From assembly GCA_965116885.1 (NCBI GenBank), contig OZ220741.1:1600001-1664000 (forward strand): a DNA stretch of 64,000 nucleotides, given 5' to 3'. The position numbers and the translations under genes were made by a program. Of the stretch, positions 56,270-64,000 are shown piece by piece. The notes under the pieces were generated by a model. That model was not told the origin of the DNA and searched no databases. It saw only the letters and a list, made by a program, of their open reading frames with translations. This DNA comes from Candidatus Latescibacterota bacterium. GTDB lineage: Bacteria > Latescibacterota > UBA2968. Position 1 is the stretch's first letter, and every line of letters starts with the position of its first letter.

Positions 56270-59200
56270 TCACTGTACTACAAAAAGGGCATTTTTAGAG
56301 GCGGTCTGTTCGCTGTTCAAATCGGTTATCACGACTTCCAGCGCGTAGCGTCCCGGTTCGCGGTCGCCCAATTCCAATTCGGTATAGACGGTTTCCAGGT
56401 CCATTGTTCCGACCTGTTCATATCCCATTAACACTTTTTCTCGTTTGCCGCCAAGCGTTCTCACCAGACGAGATACGGCACCGCCCACGCCTTTGCCTTT
56501 TGGCGCGATTGTGTATTCCACCTGGTATTTTGTCTGACCAAATTCATCGCGTTTCAGATTGTAGATTTCGTAATACACGAAAATGTTTTGTCCCTTCGGA
56601 TAGGTTCGCGTGGGCATGGGTACCACGTGTAACTCGCCTTTGCGGAATTTGTCCTGGGGTCCGCCTTCTGCAATGCGCCATGCGAGTTCCAGGTCGCTCA
56701 CTTTCATCGAGCGGGTCTGATATTTTTCCAGTTCAATTATTTGGCGATAACGCCCCTGCCGCCCGGACAGGCGGTCCTGTAGCTGTACTTCCAGCTTGTA
56801 ATATCCCGGTGGGGCGTTCAGGCGCACGACGTCGGGTACAAAGGCGCCCTGTATGCCGGTTTGATCGCCTTCATTGCGATATCGTACATCGCCGGTGCGT
56901 CGATACACGTCTCCGGTTTGTTCGTTTAAGAGGGATACGGTTCGCTCCACGACCAGTTCGGTAGTGTTGTTTTCGGCGAAGTACCGCCCCAGTGTCCGCG
57001 GGATTCCCGTATAGACTTCCAGCGCGCTCACGTCATTTTGGAGGCTCTGAAAATCTGCGAGGTCGTAATAGAATTCCAGGGGGTGGGTATTTTCTGGGGT
57101 TGCGTAATAATCCGGTGTTACCCGCGCGGCGAACTCGGTGACTCTGCGGGGATTGTACCGGTTCAGCAGGGCAAGTGTGCGGATGGGAATGTTGGGATCC
57201 AGGGGCGCGGGCGCGTAGTCGAAATTACCGTTCATTGCTTCGTCGGTGAAGGTTATTTCGATGCCGCCGTTCACATCGGTATAAATCCAGGTCTCCCAGC
57301 GCACCATAGAGGCGTCTTCCGGAACGGAGACCGCGTTGAAATCCGGCTGGAGATCAAAAAATCCACTCCCCATGTTCCCGGCGTTGACGACTGTATTTGC
57401 CAGCCGTTCAAAAGCACTGATGTCCTCTCCGGTCTGGTCATCGCCTGTTGCCTGTCCCGTACGCACGGTGCGCCGCTCTTCATCGCCTGACTCGAGTCCC
57501 TGTCGCTCCCGTTCCTGTGACTGTTCGATAGCCTGCTGCATGGATGCGTCCTCGATTTGCGCCCTGAGCGAGGTTGCGCCACTTAGTCTGGCTTGAAGTC
57601 CCCGCACGGGATATACCGGGCCAAAATAGGTCTGTTGCGCGGCTTCGCCACCAAATAGCGTTTGTGCCACGCGCTCTTTTACCCTTTGCACGGAGAGGCT
57701 TTGATCCAGATTCAGCATGTTGGACCGCGATCTGTAATCAGGTTCTCCGAAGCGGATATAGACTTCGCCGCGCCGGTCAAAGGGCTTTTTTTTCTCTGAG
57801 AAATTTGTCAGGGCATACCATACCCGTCTGTAGTGCTCCAGTTTGCGTTCGTTGGGTGCCGTGATCAAATTTGGATCTTTCAGTGCCCAGAACTGTCGCA
57901 AAAATGAGGAACGCGCCACGTCTGTGCCGAGGCTGTTGTATTCTTCGAGTTCTTCAACGGATGCGAGAAATTGGATGTCTTCGTATAGTGCGCGGTGTTG
58001 CGGGTCCAGGTGCGCCACATAGCGGGAGAAATAGGTTTGTGCCCAGTTTGGACGCTTCAGTTCCAAACACGCCTGCGCCAGGATGGGCAGGGATGTTATT
58101 TCTTCGGGGTACTGGCGGATGTGGTTTTCCAGCAATTGGACGATGCGATCGAAGTTTTTGCTTCGCAAATAGGCTCTTGAGAGCAGTTCTCTGCCTTCCG
58201 GGTCTTCGGGCGCGAGTGTTATATAGCGGGCATAGGCCATGGCCGCCTGTTCATAGTCTTCTTCCTGCTCTTCCCACCATTTGCCCAGCAGTTTGTAGGT
58301 CGGCGCGTAGGTCGGGTCCAGTGCGATGACGTGGTCGAGGTCGCGTTTGGTGTCGTATTCTTTGAGCTTATATCGCGTCTGCGCCATGTTGAAACGGGCA
58401 TCGCGGTGGGTATTGTATAGCTGCGATAGCCGTTCATCTGGAGGCCACCGCAAGGCTCTTCTGAAATAGCGGATGGCGTTGTACATGCCTTTGGGGCGAT
58501 TTTGAAAGACGAGTCCCAGTCCGTTGTACGCCTCGGATAGGCGGTGGTTGAGGTCTATGGCTCGTTCAAAAGCGTTTCGGGCGCGGTCGTAATCCTCTAT
58601 TTCTAAATAGGCATAGCCGAGGAGGCAATGGCCCAGTTCCATCTCGGGTGCGACATGGGTGAGTGCGGTTAGTATTGGTACGGCGAGGGTGTCGTTTTGC
58701 GATAGGAGGGTTTTGCCCATTTCTACGAGTGAATCTATCTGTGTTTTTCCAATGGGACGGTCCTGTACGCGATAGCTTTCGGTCTGTCGAACCAGTTCTA
58801 CGAGGCGGCCGGGGTAAAAATAGCTTACGACAATGGCTTCACCTGTAGCGGCATTGGGTCTGAAGAAATAGCTGATGGGCCGCGTGTTGTCCCGATCTGC
58901 GGGTGCGCGGAACAGGCGGGCGATGGTCTCGGGATCTGCCCGGGATTCCGCAGCAGCCCATTTTTGAAGCGCGGACAGTTGGTCGGGCATTTCTCCGCGG
59001 TGGTCGCGGCGATATGCGGTTAATAGTCTGGAGATTGCGGTGAGGTGGTCGCGGCAAACCCAGCGGGATCCGTTTTTTCGAATTTCTTGCGCGGCGGTTT
59101 GAAAGGTTTGCACATAGTCCTGCATGGGGGATTTGGATAGGCCGTTTTTCGCGGATTGTCTGGCCAATGTCTCAAAATGGCGCGCGGCTTGTTTGTAATA

Positions 59201-59803
59201 GGCAGAGGCTTGTTTGAACTCCCAGCGCGAGAGGCTCAGTTGCGCCAGGCGTGCGGCGTTGAAGCCCGATGTCAGGTTGGGCAGAGCGTTTTCACCCATA
59301 GCGGGGGCGGTCGGTTTTAATCCTTTTATCGCTTTTTCAGTGGTCCAGATAATGGATTCCATGTCCGGATCATCTATTATGAGGATATCGCGTCCCGATG
59401 ACGTCAGTTCCCAGTATCGGGATGGGGCGAGGGAGATGGTGTGTCCCCTGTGCAAGATGTCGCCGGGTGCGGGCAATAATAGGGGGATGGATTGGAAGAC
59501 GATGGTTCCGGTTTCTGTTTTTCCCAGTTGACCTGGTCGCCCGGGGAAAATGCCGAGACACTGTTCCCGTTCTGCACCATTGGTCCACAGTTCCGTCAGT
59601 GCGATGCCGCCCATTTCTCGAGAATAGGTCCACACCTGACTGGTCGCTCCGGTGCGGAGGATTAGATCCTCCTGAGCGTCTGCTGTGCTCCAGAGCACAA
59701 CAGCTATGAGTAATGCGTATCTGATTGGTAAAGTGAACACGGTATGTCTCCTGGCGAATTCTACGGAACGGGGTACAACTGGCCGATTCTCAGGCCAGTT
59801 CAT
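56270..59803 (-). CDS. Large TPR + GWxTD-like domain protein with extra N-terminal domains
   Basis: FWALKDP, EHYRRVWYA, FDRRGEVYIRFGEPD, YYEIYNL. Confidence 0.88.
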   Translation of the reverse strand: MNWPENRPVVPRSVEFARRHTVFTLPIRYALLIAVVLWSTADAQEDLILRTGATSQVWTYSREMGGIALTELWTNGAEREQCLGIFPGRPGQLGKTETGTIVFQSIPLLLPAPGDILHRGHTISLAPSRYWELTSSGRDILIIDDPDMESIIWTTEKAIKGLKPTAPAMGENALPNLTSGFNAARLAQLSLSRWEFKQASAYYKQAARHFETLARQSAKNGLSKSPMQDYVQTFQTAAQEIRKNGSRWVCRDHLTAISRLLTAYRRDHRGEMPDQLSALQKWAAAESRADPETIARLFRAPADRDNTRPISYFFRPNAATGEAIVVSYFYPGRLVELVRQTESYRVQDRPIGKTQIDSLVEMGKTLLSQNDTLAVPILTALTHVAPEMELGHCLLGYAYLEIEDYDRARNAFERAIDLNHRLSEAYNGLGLVFQNRPKGMYNAIRYFRRALRWPPDERLSQLYNTHRDARFNMAQTRYKLKEYDTKRDLDHVIALDPTYAPTYKLLGKWWEEQEEDYEQAAMAYARYITLAPEDPEGRELLSRAYLRSKNFDRIVQLLENHIRQYPEEITSLPILAQACLELKRPNWAQTYFSRYVAHLDPQHRALYEDIQFLASVEELEEYNSLGTDVARSSFLRQFWALKDPNLITAPNERKLEHYRRVWYALTNFSEKKKPFDRRGEVYIRFGEPDYRSRSNMLNLDQSLSVQRVKERVAQTLFGGEAAQQTYFGPVYPVRGLQARLSGATSLRAQIEDASMQQAIEQSQERERQGLESGDEERRTVRTGQATGDDQTGEDISAFERLANTVVNAGNMGSGFFDLQPDFNAVSVPEDASMVRWETWIYTDVNGGIEITFTDEAMNGNFDYAPAPLDPNIPIRTLALLNRYNPRRVTEFAARVTPDYYATPENTHPLEFYYDLADFQSLQNDVSALEVYTGIPRTLGRYFAENNTTELVVERTVSLLNEQTGDVYRRTGDVRYRNEGDQTGIQGAFVPDVVRLNAPPGYYKLEVQLQDRLSGRQGRYRQIIELEKYQTRSMKVSDLELAWRIAEGGPQDKFRKGELHVVPMPTRTYPKGQNIFVYYEIYNLKRDEFGQTKYQVEYTIAPKGKGVGGAVSRLVRTLGGKREKVLMGYEQVGTMDLETVYTELELGDREPGRYALEVVITDLNSEQTASKNALFVVQ

Positions 59804-59881
59804 CTACGAATCAACGAACCCCGCCCATCCTTCCAAAATCAGTGTGTATCGCCATTCGTCTATTCGTCTATTCGCGCTTTT

Positions 59882-61300
59882 TCAATGCAACTTTCGAAAA
59901 GCAGTCCAGCATACGCGCAGTAGCAAAAAGCCGTGCCGAAAGCGGTGGATCTGCGTGGTTCCGTACACCCGATCCCGATAGCGCACGGGTACTTCTACGA
60001 TTTTGCGAACGAGTTTGGACGCGCCGAGGAGGAGATCAAAATCTCCAAAGGGATCGAAGTCACATACGTCTCGACGCGTTCTGGCCAATTTTTTGTAGTC
60101 CGAGGCAAACAGGACTTTGGTGCCGCACAGGGTATCCAGAATGCGCTGTCCCAAAAGGCAGCTCAATATCCAGCCGAAAAATCGGTTGCCCAGAAGGTTC
60201 AGGAATCGCATGGCCTGTTGTTCCATGGGATATACGAGGCGAGATCCCACTGCGAGTTCGGCGCGGCCCGATACGAGAGCGTCGAAGAATTTGGGCAGTT
60301 CCTCTGGAGCGACGGTCAGATCGCCGTCCAGGATCATCAATATATCACCTCTGGCTGCGTCAAATCCCTGCCGCACAGCATCACCTTTGCCCGTTCCGGT
60401 TTGCCGGATCAGGCGGATGTCTGTTCCACTATATGCCGCCATGCATCGCTCGACTTCTTCGGCGGTGCCGTCTGTTGAATGTCCCACAACAAAGATTAGT
60501 TCTGTATGCGCTCCCATCGCAGGTGTGCGCGCAATTGCCGCTTCTACTGTGCCGCACTCGTTTTTGCAGGGGACTATGACCGAGCAAGTGACTGCGGATG
60601 CTTCCCGTGCGGGAAAGACGGGGCGAGCGACGAGTGTTTGTATGAGACACAGGCGTCTCAATCCCGGCACTCTTGCCAAAAGGCGATTGGCAAGATAGGC
60701 GATAAGGGGGACGCGGCGGGGCAAAAACAGACGGGTTTCCCGTCGAATTTTTTCAAAGCCCGATAGATAAAGTAAATTCTGAATGTCCCGGTGTGTCAAC
60801 CAGTTTTGCACGGGTTCGGGCATTTTTAAGCGGAATATTTCTCCGGTTTTTAGCACGGGTTTCCACAGGGGATTGTAGTGCGTGATCAGGACGCGGGAGC
60901 CGGGTAGTACGACTTTCCACAGTTCGCTGAATACGCGCTGGATGTCTGGCAGAAAACCCAGCAGGTCCGATAGGATGATCCACTCGAATCGCTCTCCTTC
61001 GGGCAAATTCTCGGCGCGTCCCACGCGAAATTCCAGATCGGGATATTTTTTGCGCGCGCGTTTTATCATTGGTTCGCTGAAGTCAATGCCGAGTCCCCGT
61101 CCCGGTTTCAGGCCCGCGAGCAGGTCGCCGGTGCCGCATCCTATGATCAGGACAGACGATCCTTCGGGCACAGCGCAGCGGCAAAATCGCAGGACTTCTT
61201 CGTGATAGGTGCGGTTGCGCCTGCGCCAACGGTCCCGGTTTTCGGCAGCTTTGTCGAAAAATTTCCGAATGGCACGGCTATCGGGAAGGGGATTTTTCAT
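59882..61300 (-). CDS. Bifunctional class I SAM methyltransferase / GT2 glycosyltransferase
   Basis: IGCGTG, GIDFS; VIVPCKNE, GKGDAVR, ILDGDL, DTLCGTK. Confidence 0.9.
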   Translation of the reverse strand: MKNPLPDSRAIRKFFDKAAENRDRWRRRNRTYHEEVLRFCRCAVPEGSSVLIIGCGTGDLLAGLKPGRGLGIDFSEPMIKRARKKYPDLEFRVGRAENLPEGERFEWIILSDLLGFLPDIQRVFSELWKVVLPGSRVLITHYNPLWKPVLKTGEIFRLKMPEPVQNWLTHRDIQNLLYLSGFEKIRRETRLFLPRRVPLIAYLANRLLARVPGLRRLCLIQTLVARPVFPAREASAVTCSVIVPCKNECGTVEAAIARTPAMGAHTELIFVVGHSTDGTAEEVERCMAAYSGTDIRLIRQTGTGKGDAVRQGFDAARGDILMILDGDLTVAPEELPKFFDALVSGRAELAVGSRLVYPMEQQAMRFLNLLGNRFFGWILSCLLGQRILDTLCGTKVLFASDYKKLARTRRDVCDFDPFGDFDLLLGASKLVRKIVEVPVRYRDRVYGTTQIHRFRHGFLLLRVCWTAFRKLH

Positions 61301-63128
61301 TGAGTATTTCCAATTCCCGCCGCGCCAGTTGCGCGACTTGCGGGTCACCTCGCCAGAGTTCTATAAAGCGCGTGTACGCCTGTATGGCTGCGGTTTTTTC
61401 GCCGTTGTCACGATGGGCTTTTCCCAGGTTGAAATACGCTTCAGCCCAATTTGGACGCAATGCAATGGCGCGGGCATAAGCGGTAGTGGCATGTGCGGGA
61501 TGGCCCAATTTTTCGCGGACCACGCCCAGGTTGTAGAAAATTTCTGCGTTGGTCGGGTCGAGTATAGCTGCTCGTTCAAAGGCCGAATGCGCGTCGGTTA
61601 TTTGTCCGGCCTGCATTGCTGCGAGTCCTTTGTTCATGTAGGCTTCGATGTAATCCGGTTCTATTTCTACTGCTTTTTGATACGCGGCTGTCGCGTTCTT
61701 AAAACGGGCTGTTGCGGCATAGAGATTTCCCAGGTTGTTATAGGTCAGGGCGCTTTTTTGCACTGATAGAGCATTTCTATAAGCTGTTTCGGCTTCGGAC
61801 ATCCTGCCGCGTTCGGATAGAGCGTCGCCCAGGGCGTGTTGCATTTTCGCGCTTTTGGGATACGCTGTTACTGCACTTTGATAAAGTGTTAAGTCGTCTC
61901 GCCATTCGGTGTTTCGGATAATGGTTCGGGTGCTATAGGCCACGAGGATGAGGGCGGCGAGGGCAAGGGTGCCCGTTTTTTGATGTTTTTCAAGGTGTTC
62001 AAATCCCAAACCGCACAGCGTGAATAAACCCAGGACTGGGATGTATAGAAATCGCTCTTGAAAGATGGCGTTGATCAATACGAGCGTTTGCGATACGGCT
62101 GAATAGGGTACAAAGAATAATGATAGAGCAAAAAATACGCAGGGCCAGCGCCAGCGAAAAGCACCTACCCATAATAGAAGACTTGCGATGCCGAGGATTA
62201 TGCCCGCTATTGCTTCGGGCGCGAGTATGGAGGTGGTGACGGGTATGGCATTGTAAGAGTAATCTACGGAAAGTTTGATGGGTAACAAAACGAGAACGAA
62301 ATATTTCCAGAGTAGTCCGACGGCTGTCAAGAGTCTGTAGTCGAGGGGTTGGTCTATGAGTGGGTTGTTGAGGACGAGTATATTTTCGGCTGAGAATCCC
62401 AGGCCGGCAGCGACTTTTCGCATGGTTAGATAGATGGCAAAAACCCCGATGAATCCGACCCAGCGCGCGCCGCGTTGCCACAGGAGATTGCGTATTCCTT
62501 TTGGGCGGGACAGGGCAAAGGTCAGATCGACGGCGATGACCAGTCCCAGTACGGTCAGTGCGCTTTCTTTGGAAAGCAAGGCGAGAAAGAACCCCGCGAG
62601 GGCTAACCCGTAATACTTTTCCGCGCTCCGGTTATGCCAGCAGATGTACAGGAACAGGGCGGATAGAGAAAACAGGCCGGCCAATAAATCTGCACGCCCA
62701 AATGTGATGCCGGCAACGACTTCGGCATGGATGGGATGTACGGCAAAGAGCAATCCGGCCAGGATCGCGCCCCGTTTTAGTCCCAGACTCAGGCAGAGGA
62801 GATAGGCGAGGAGGCTGTTAACCACGTGCAGGATTACGTTGGTGAGGTGAAATCGGAAGGGCCATATCCCTCCCAGGCCATCCAGCATAAAAGACAGGAC
62901 CGTCAGGGGGCGATATTGCCCGTTGACGTTGGCTTCACCCTCGTATCCGCCCCAGTAATGCGTGGTTAAAATGCCCCATACATCGGCTTCGCGAAGCAAT
63001 CGGTTGCGTTCGATCAGAAAGTGATCGTCATAGACCAATCCGTTGCCCAGGCTGTTTGCGAATACCAGAAAGGCCGCCAACCCCACCGCGATGAGAGGAT
63101 AGGTTTTTCCGCGTTGTTTTATAGGCAT
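61278..63128 (-). CDS. TMTC-like GT-C protein O-glycosyltransferase (DUF1736 + TPR)
   Basis: YDD, YRPL, FHLTNVILH, LFAVHPIHAEVV, SKE, LSVDY, ERFLYIP, RNTEW, C-terminal TPRs. Confidence 0.9.
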   Translation of the reverse strand: MPIKQRGKTYPLIAVGLAAFLVFANSLGNGLVYDDHFLIERNRLLREADVWGILTTHYWGGYEGEANVNGQYRPLTVLSFMLDGLGGIWPFRFHLTNVILHVVNSLLAYLLCLSLGLKRGAILAGLLFAVHPIHAEVVAGITFGRADLLAGLFSLSALFLYICWHNRSAEKYYGLALAGFFLALLSKESALTVLGLVIAVDLTFALSRPKGIRNLLWQRGARWVGFIGVFAIYLTMRKVAAGLGFSAENILVLNNPLIDQPLDYRLLTAVGLLWKYFVLVLLPIKLSVDYSYNAIPVTTSILAPEAIAGIILGIASLLLWVGAFRWRWPCVFFALSLFFVPYSAVSQTLVLINAIFQERFLYIPVLGLFTLCGLGFEHLEKHQKTGTLALAALILVAYSTRTIIRNTEWRDDLTLYQSAVTAYPKSAKMQHALGDALSERGRMSEAETAYRNALSVQKSALTYNNLGNLYAATARFKNATAAYQKAVEIEPDYIEAYMNKGLAAMQAGQITDAHSAFERAAILDPTNAEIFYNLGVVREKLGHPAHATTAYARAIALRPNWAEAYFNLGKAHRDNGEKTAAIQAYTRFIELWRGDPQVAQLARRELEILNEKSPSR

Positions 63129-63147
63129 TTTTTACACAGAATACAAA

Positions 63148-63182
63148 GGGCGATTGCCAGGGTGCAACCCCGGCAGTCGCCC
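63148..63182 (-). terminator. Hairpin downstream of the porV-like gene
   Basis: GGGCGATTGCC..GGCAGTCGCCC stem. Confidence 0.5.
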
Positions 63183-63230
63183 GAAAAATGTACAAACTAT
63201 GGTCATCGCAGAAACTGCGATAGCCGTTTG

Positions 63231-64000
63231 TTAGAACGTGCCGCCTATTGATATGCGCAACGGCGAGTCAAATAGCGCTACGCCGTCAATATCCTTCAGC
63301 AGCGAATAGGACACATCTATGGCGAATGTGCGCCCACCCACTGTCTGCTTGACGCCAGCGCCAAGGGCAAAGGACTCGAGGTCGTAATTCCACTTATAGC
63401 CCGCGCGCACAGCTACCATATTCTGGACCCAGAGTTCGGCTCCAAAGTGATAGCGTTGCTCGAAATCTACGGGGAATACGCTCTCGGCTGCCAATGTCAA
63501 ATAGGTCGGATCGCCTTTTTCGCCATAGACTTCGGCGGCCAGGCCCATGTTGTAGGTCAGGGGCATCAGGTAGGAGAATGCCTCTTCCTTGGATTTCTGG
63601 TCTGGGCCGAAGTTCTTGAACGACATGGCTACGCGCAGGCTTCTAAACCCGGTGTAGAAATGGCTGCCCAGGTCTATGGTAAATGTGCTGGTTTTTTGCG
63701 TGTAGAGTTTTTCCTGCACATAGTTGGCTTTGGCACTGAACGAGAATTTGTCCGTGAATTTTATGGCGTAGAGCAAGCCCACCGCCATGTAGTTCACATC
63801 GACAAACTGACCCGTCCCACTCGGCTGGAAGATGGTGGTTTCTTCGATGGGTTCAACCTGCTGTGTAATCAGGCTGATACCCAGAACTTCACCCCGAGAC
63901 GAGTGGGTGTTGAAGACGGCTGCCGCCGAATACAGTTCTGTGCCTGCCAGCCATTTGGTGTAGTTGGCCTGATAGGCAAATTTTTCCACATGGGTTAGCC
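63231..64000 (-). CDS. PorV/PorQ-family outer-membrane beta-barrel (5' truncated by window edge)
   Basis: W.AG, EETT...GTG, DLG..FYTGF.SLR.AMS.KNFG, RAGY, terminal Phe. Confidence 0.8.
   Translation of the reverse strand, partial: LTHVEKFAYQANYTKWLAGTELYSAAAVFNTHSSRGEVLGISLITQQVEPIEETTIFQPSGTGQFVDVNYMAVGLLYAIKFTDKFSFSAKANYVQEKLYTQKTSTFTIDLGSHFYTGFRSLRVAMSFKNFGPDQKSKEEAFSYLMPLTYNMGLAAEVYGEKGDPTYLTLAAESVFPVDFEQRYHFGAELWVQNMVAVRAGYKWNYDLESFALGAGVKQTVGGRTFAIDVSYSLLKDIDGVALFDSPLRISIGGTF

Overview
A 64 kb bacterial chromosomal segment. Its gene content (GWxTD/TPR proteins, PorV-like barrel, dockerin/EF-hand and internalin-LRR secreted proteins, M28-FtsX giant permease, DUF6785-like membrane protein) suggests an FCB-superphylum organism such as Latescibacterota or Gemmatimonadota, possibly host- or sponge-associated. 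That placement is inference only. Housekeeping genes are uxuA, pyrK, a split carB, nnr, gltX, a csp gene and three tRNAs (Ser-TGA, Ser-GCT, Gln-CTG). The most notable accessory features are: (1) two paralogous P-loop ATPase/wHTH/TPR (STAND/NLR-like) genes, each preceded by a homologous leader with an array of CAAC-N6-GTTG palindromes, and differing in copy number of a 43-aa repeat; (2) a ~22 kb co-oriented envelope locus (porV-like, TMTC-like glycosyltransferase, MTase/GT2, four GWxTD-type proteins, DUF6785-like protein, M28-FtsX fusion); (3) several genes hollowed out by internal deletions, leaving orphan antitoxins; (4) two candidate sRNAs with pyrimidine-rich anti-SD-like motifs; (5) GTAG-type REP/composite palindromic elements and direct-repeat-bounded cassettes; (6) a sigma54 promoter with two enhancer sites. 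All family assignments come from motif recognition by eye; no database searches were run.
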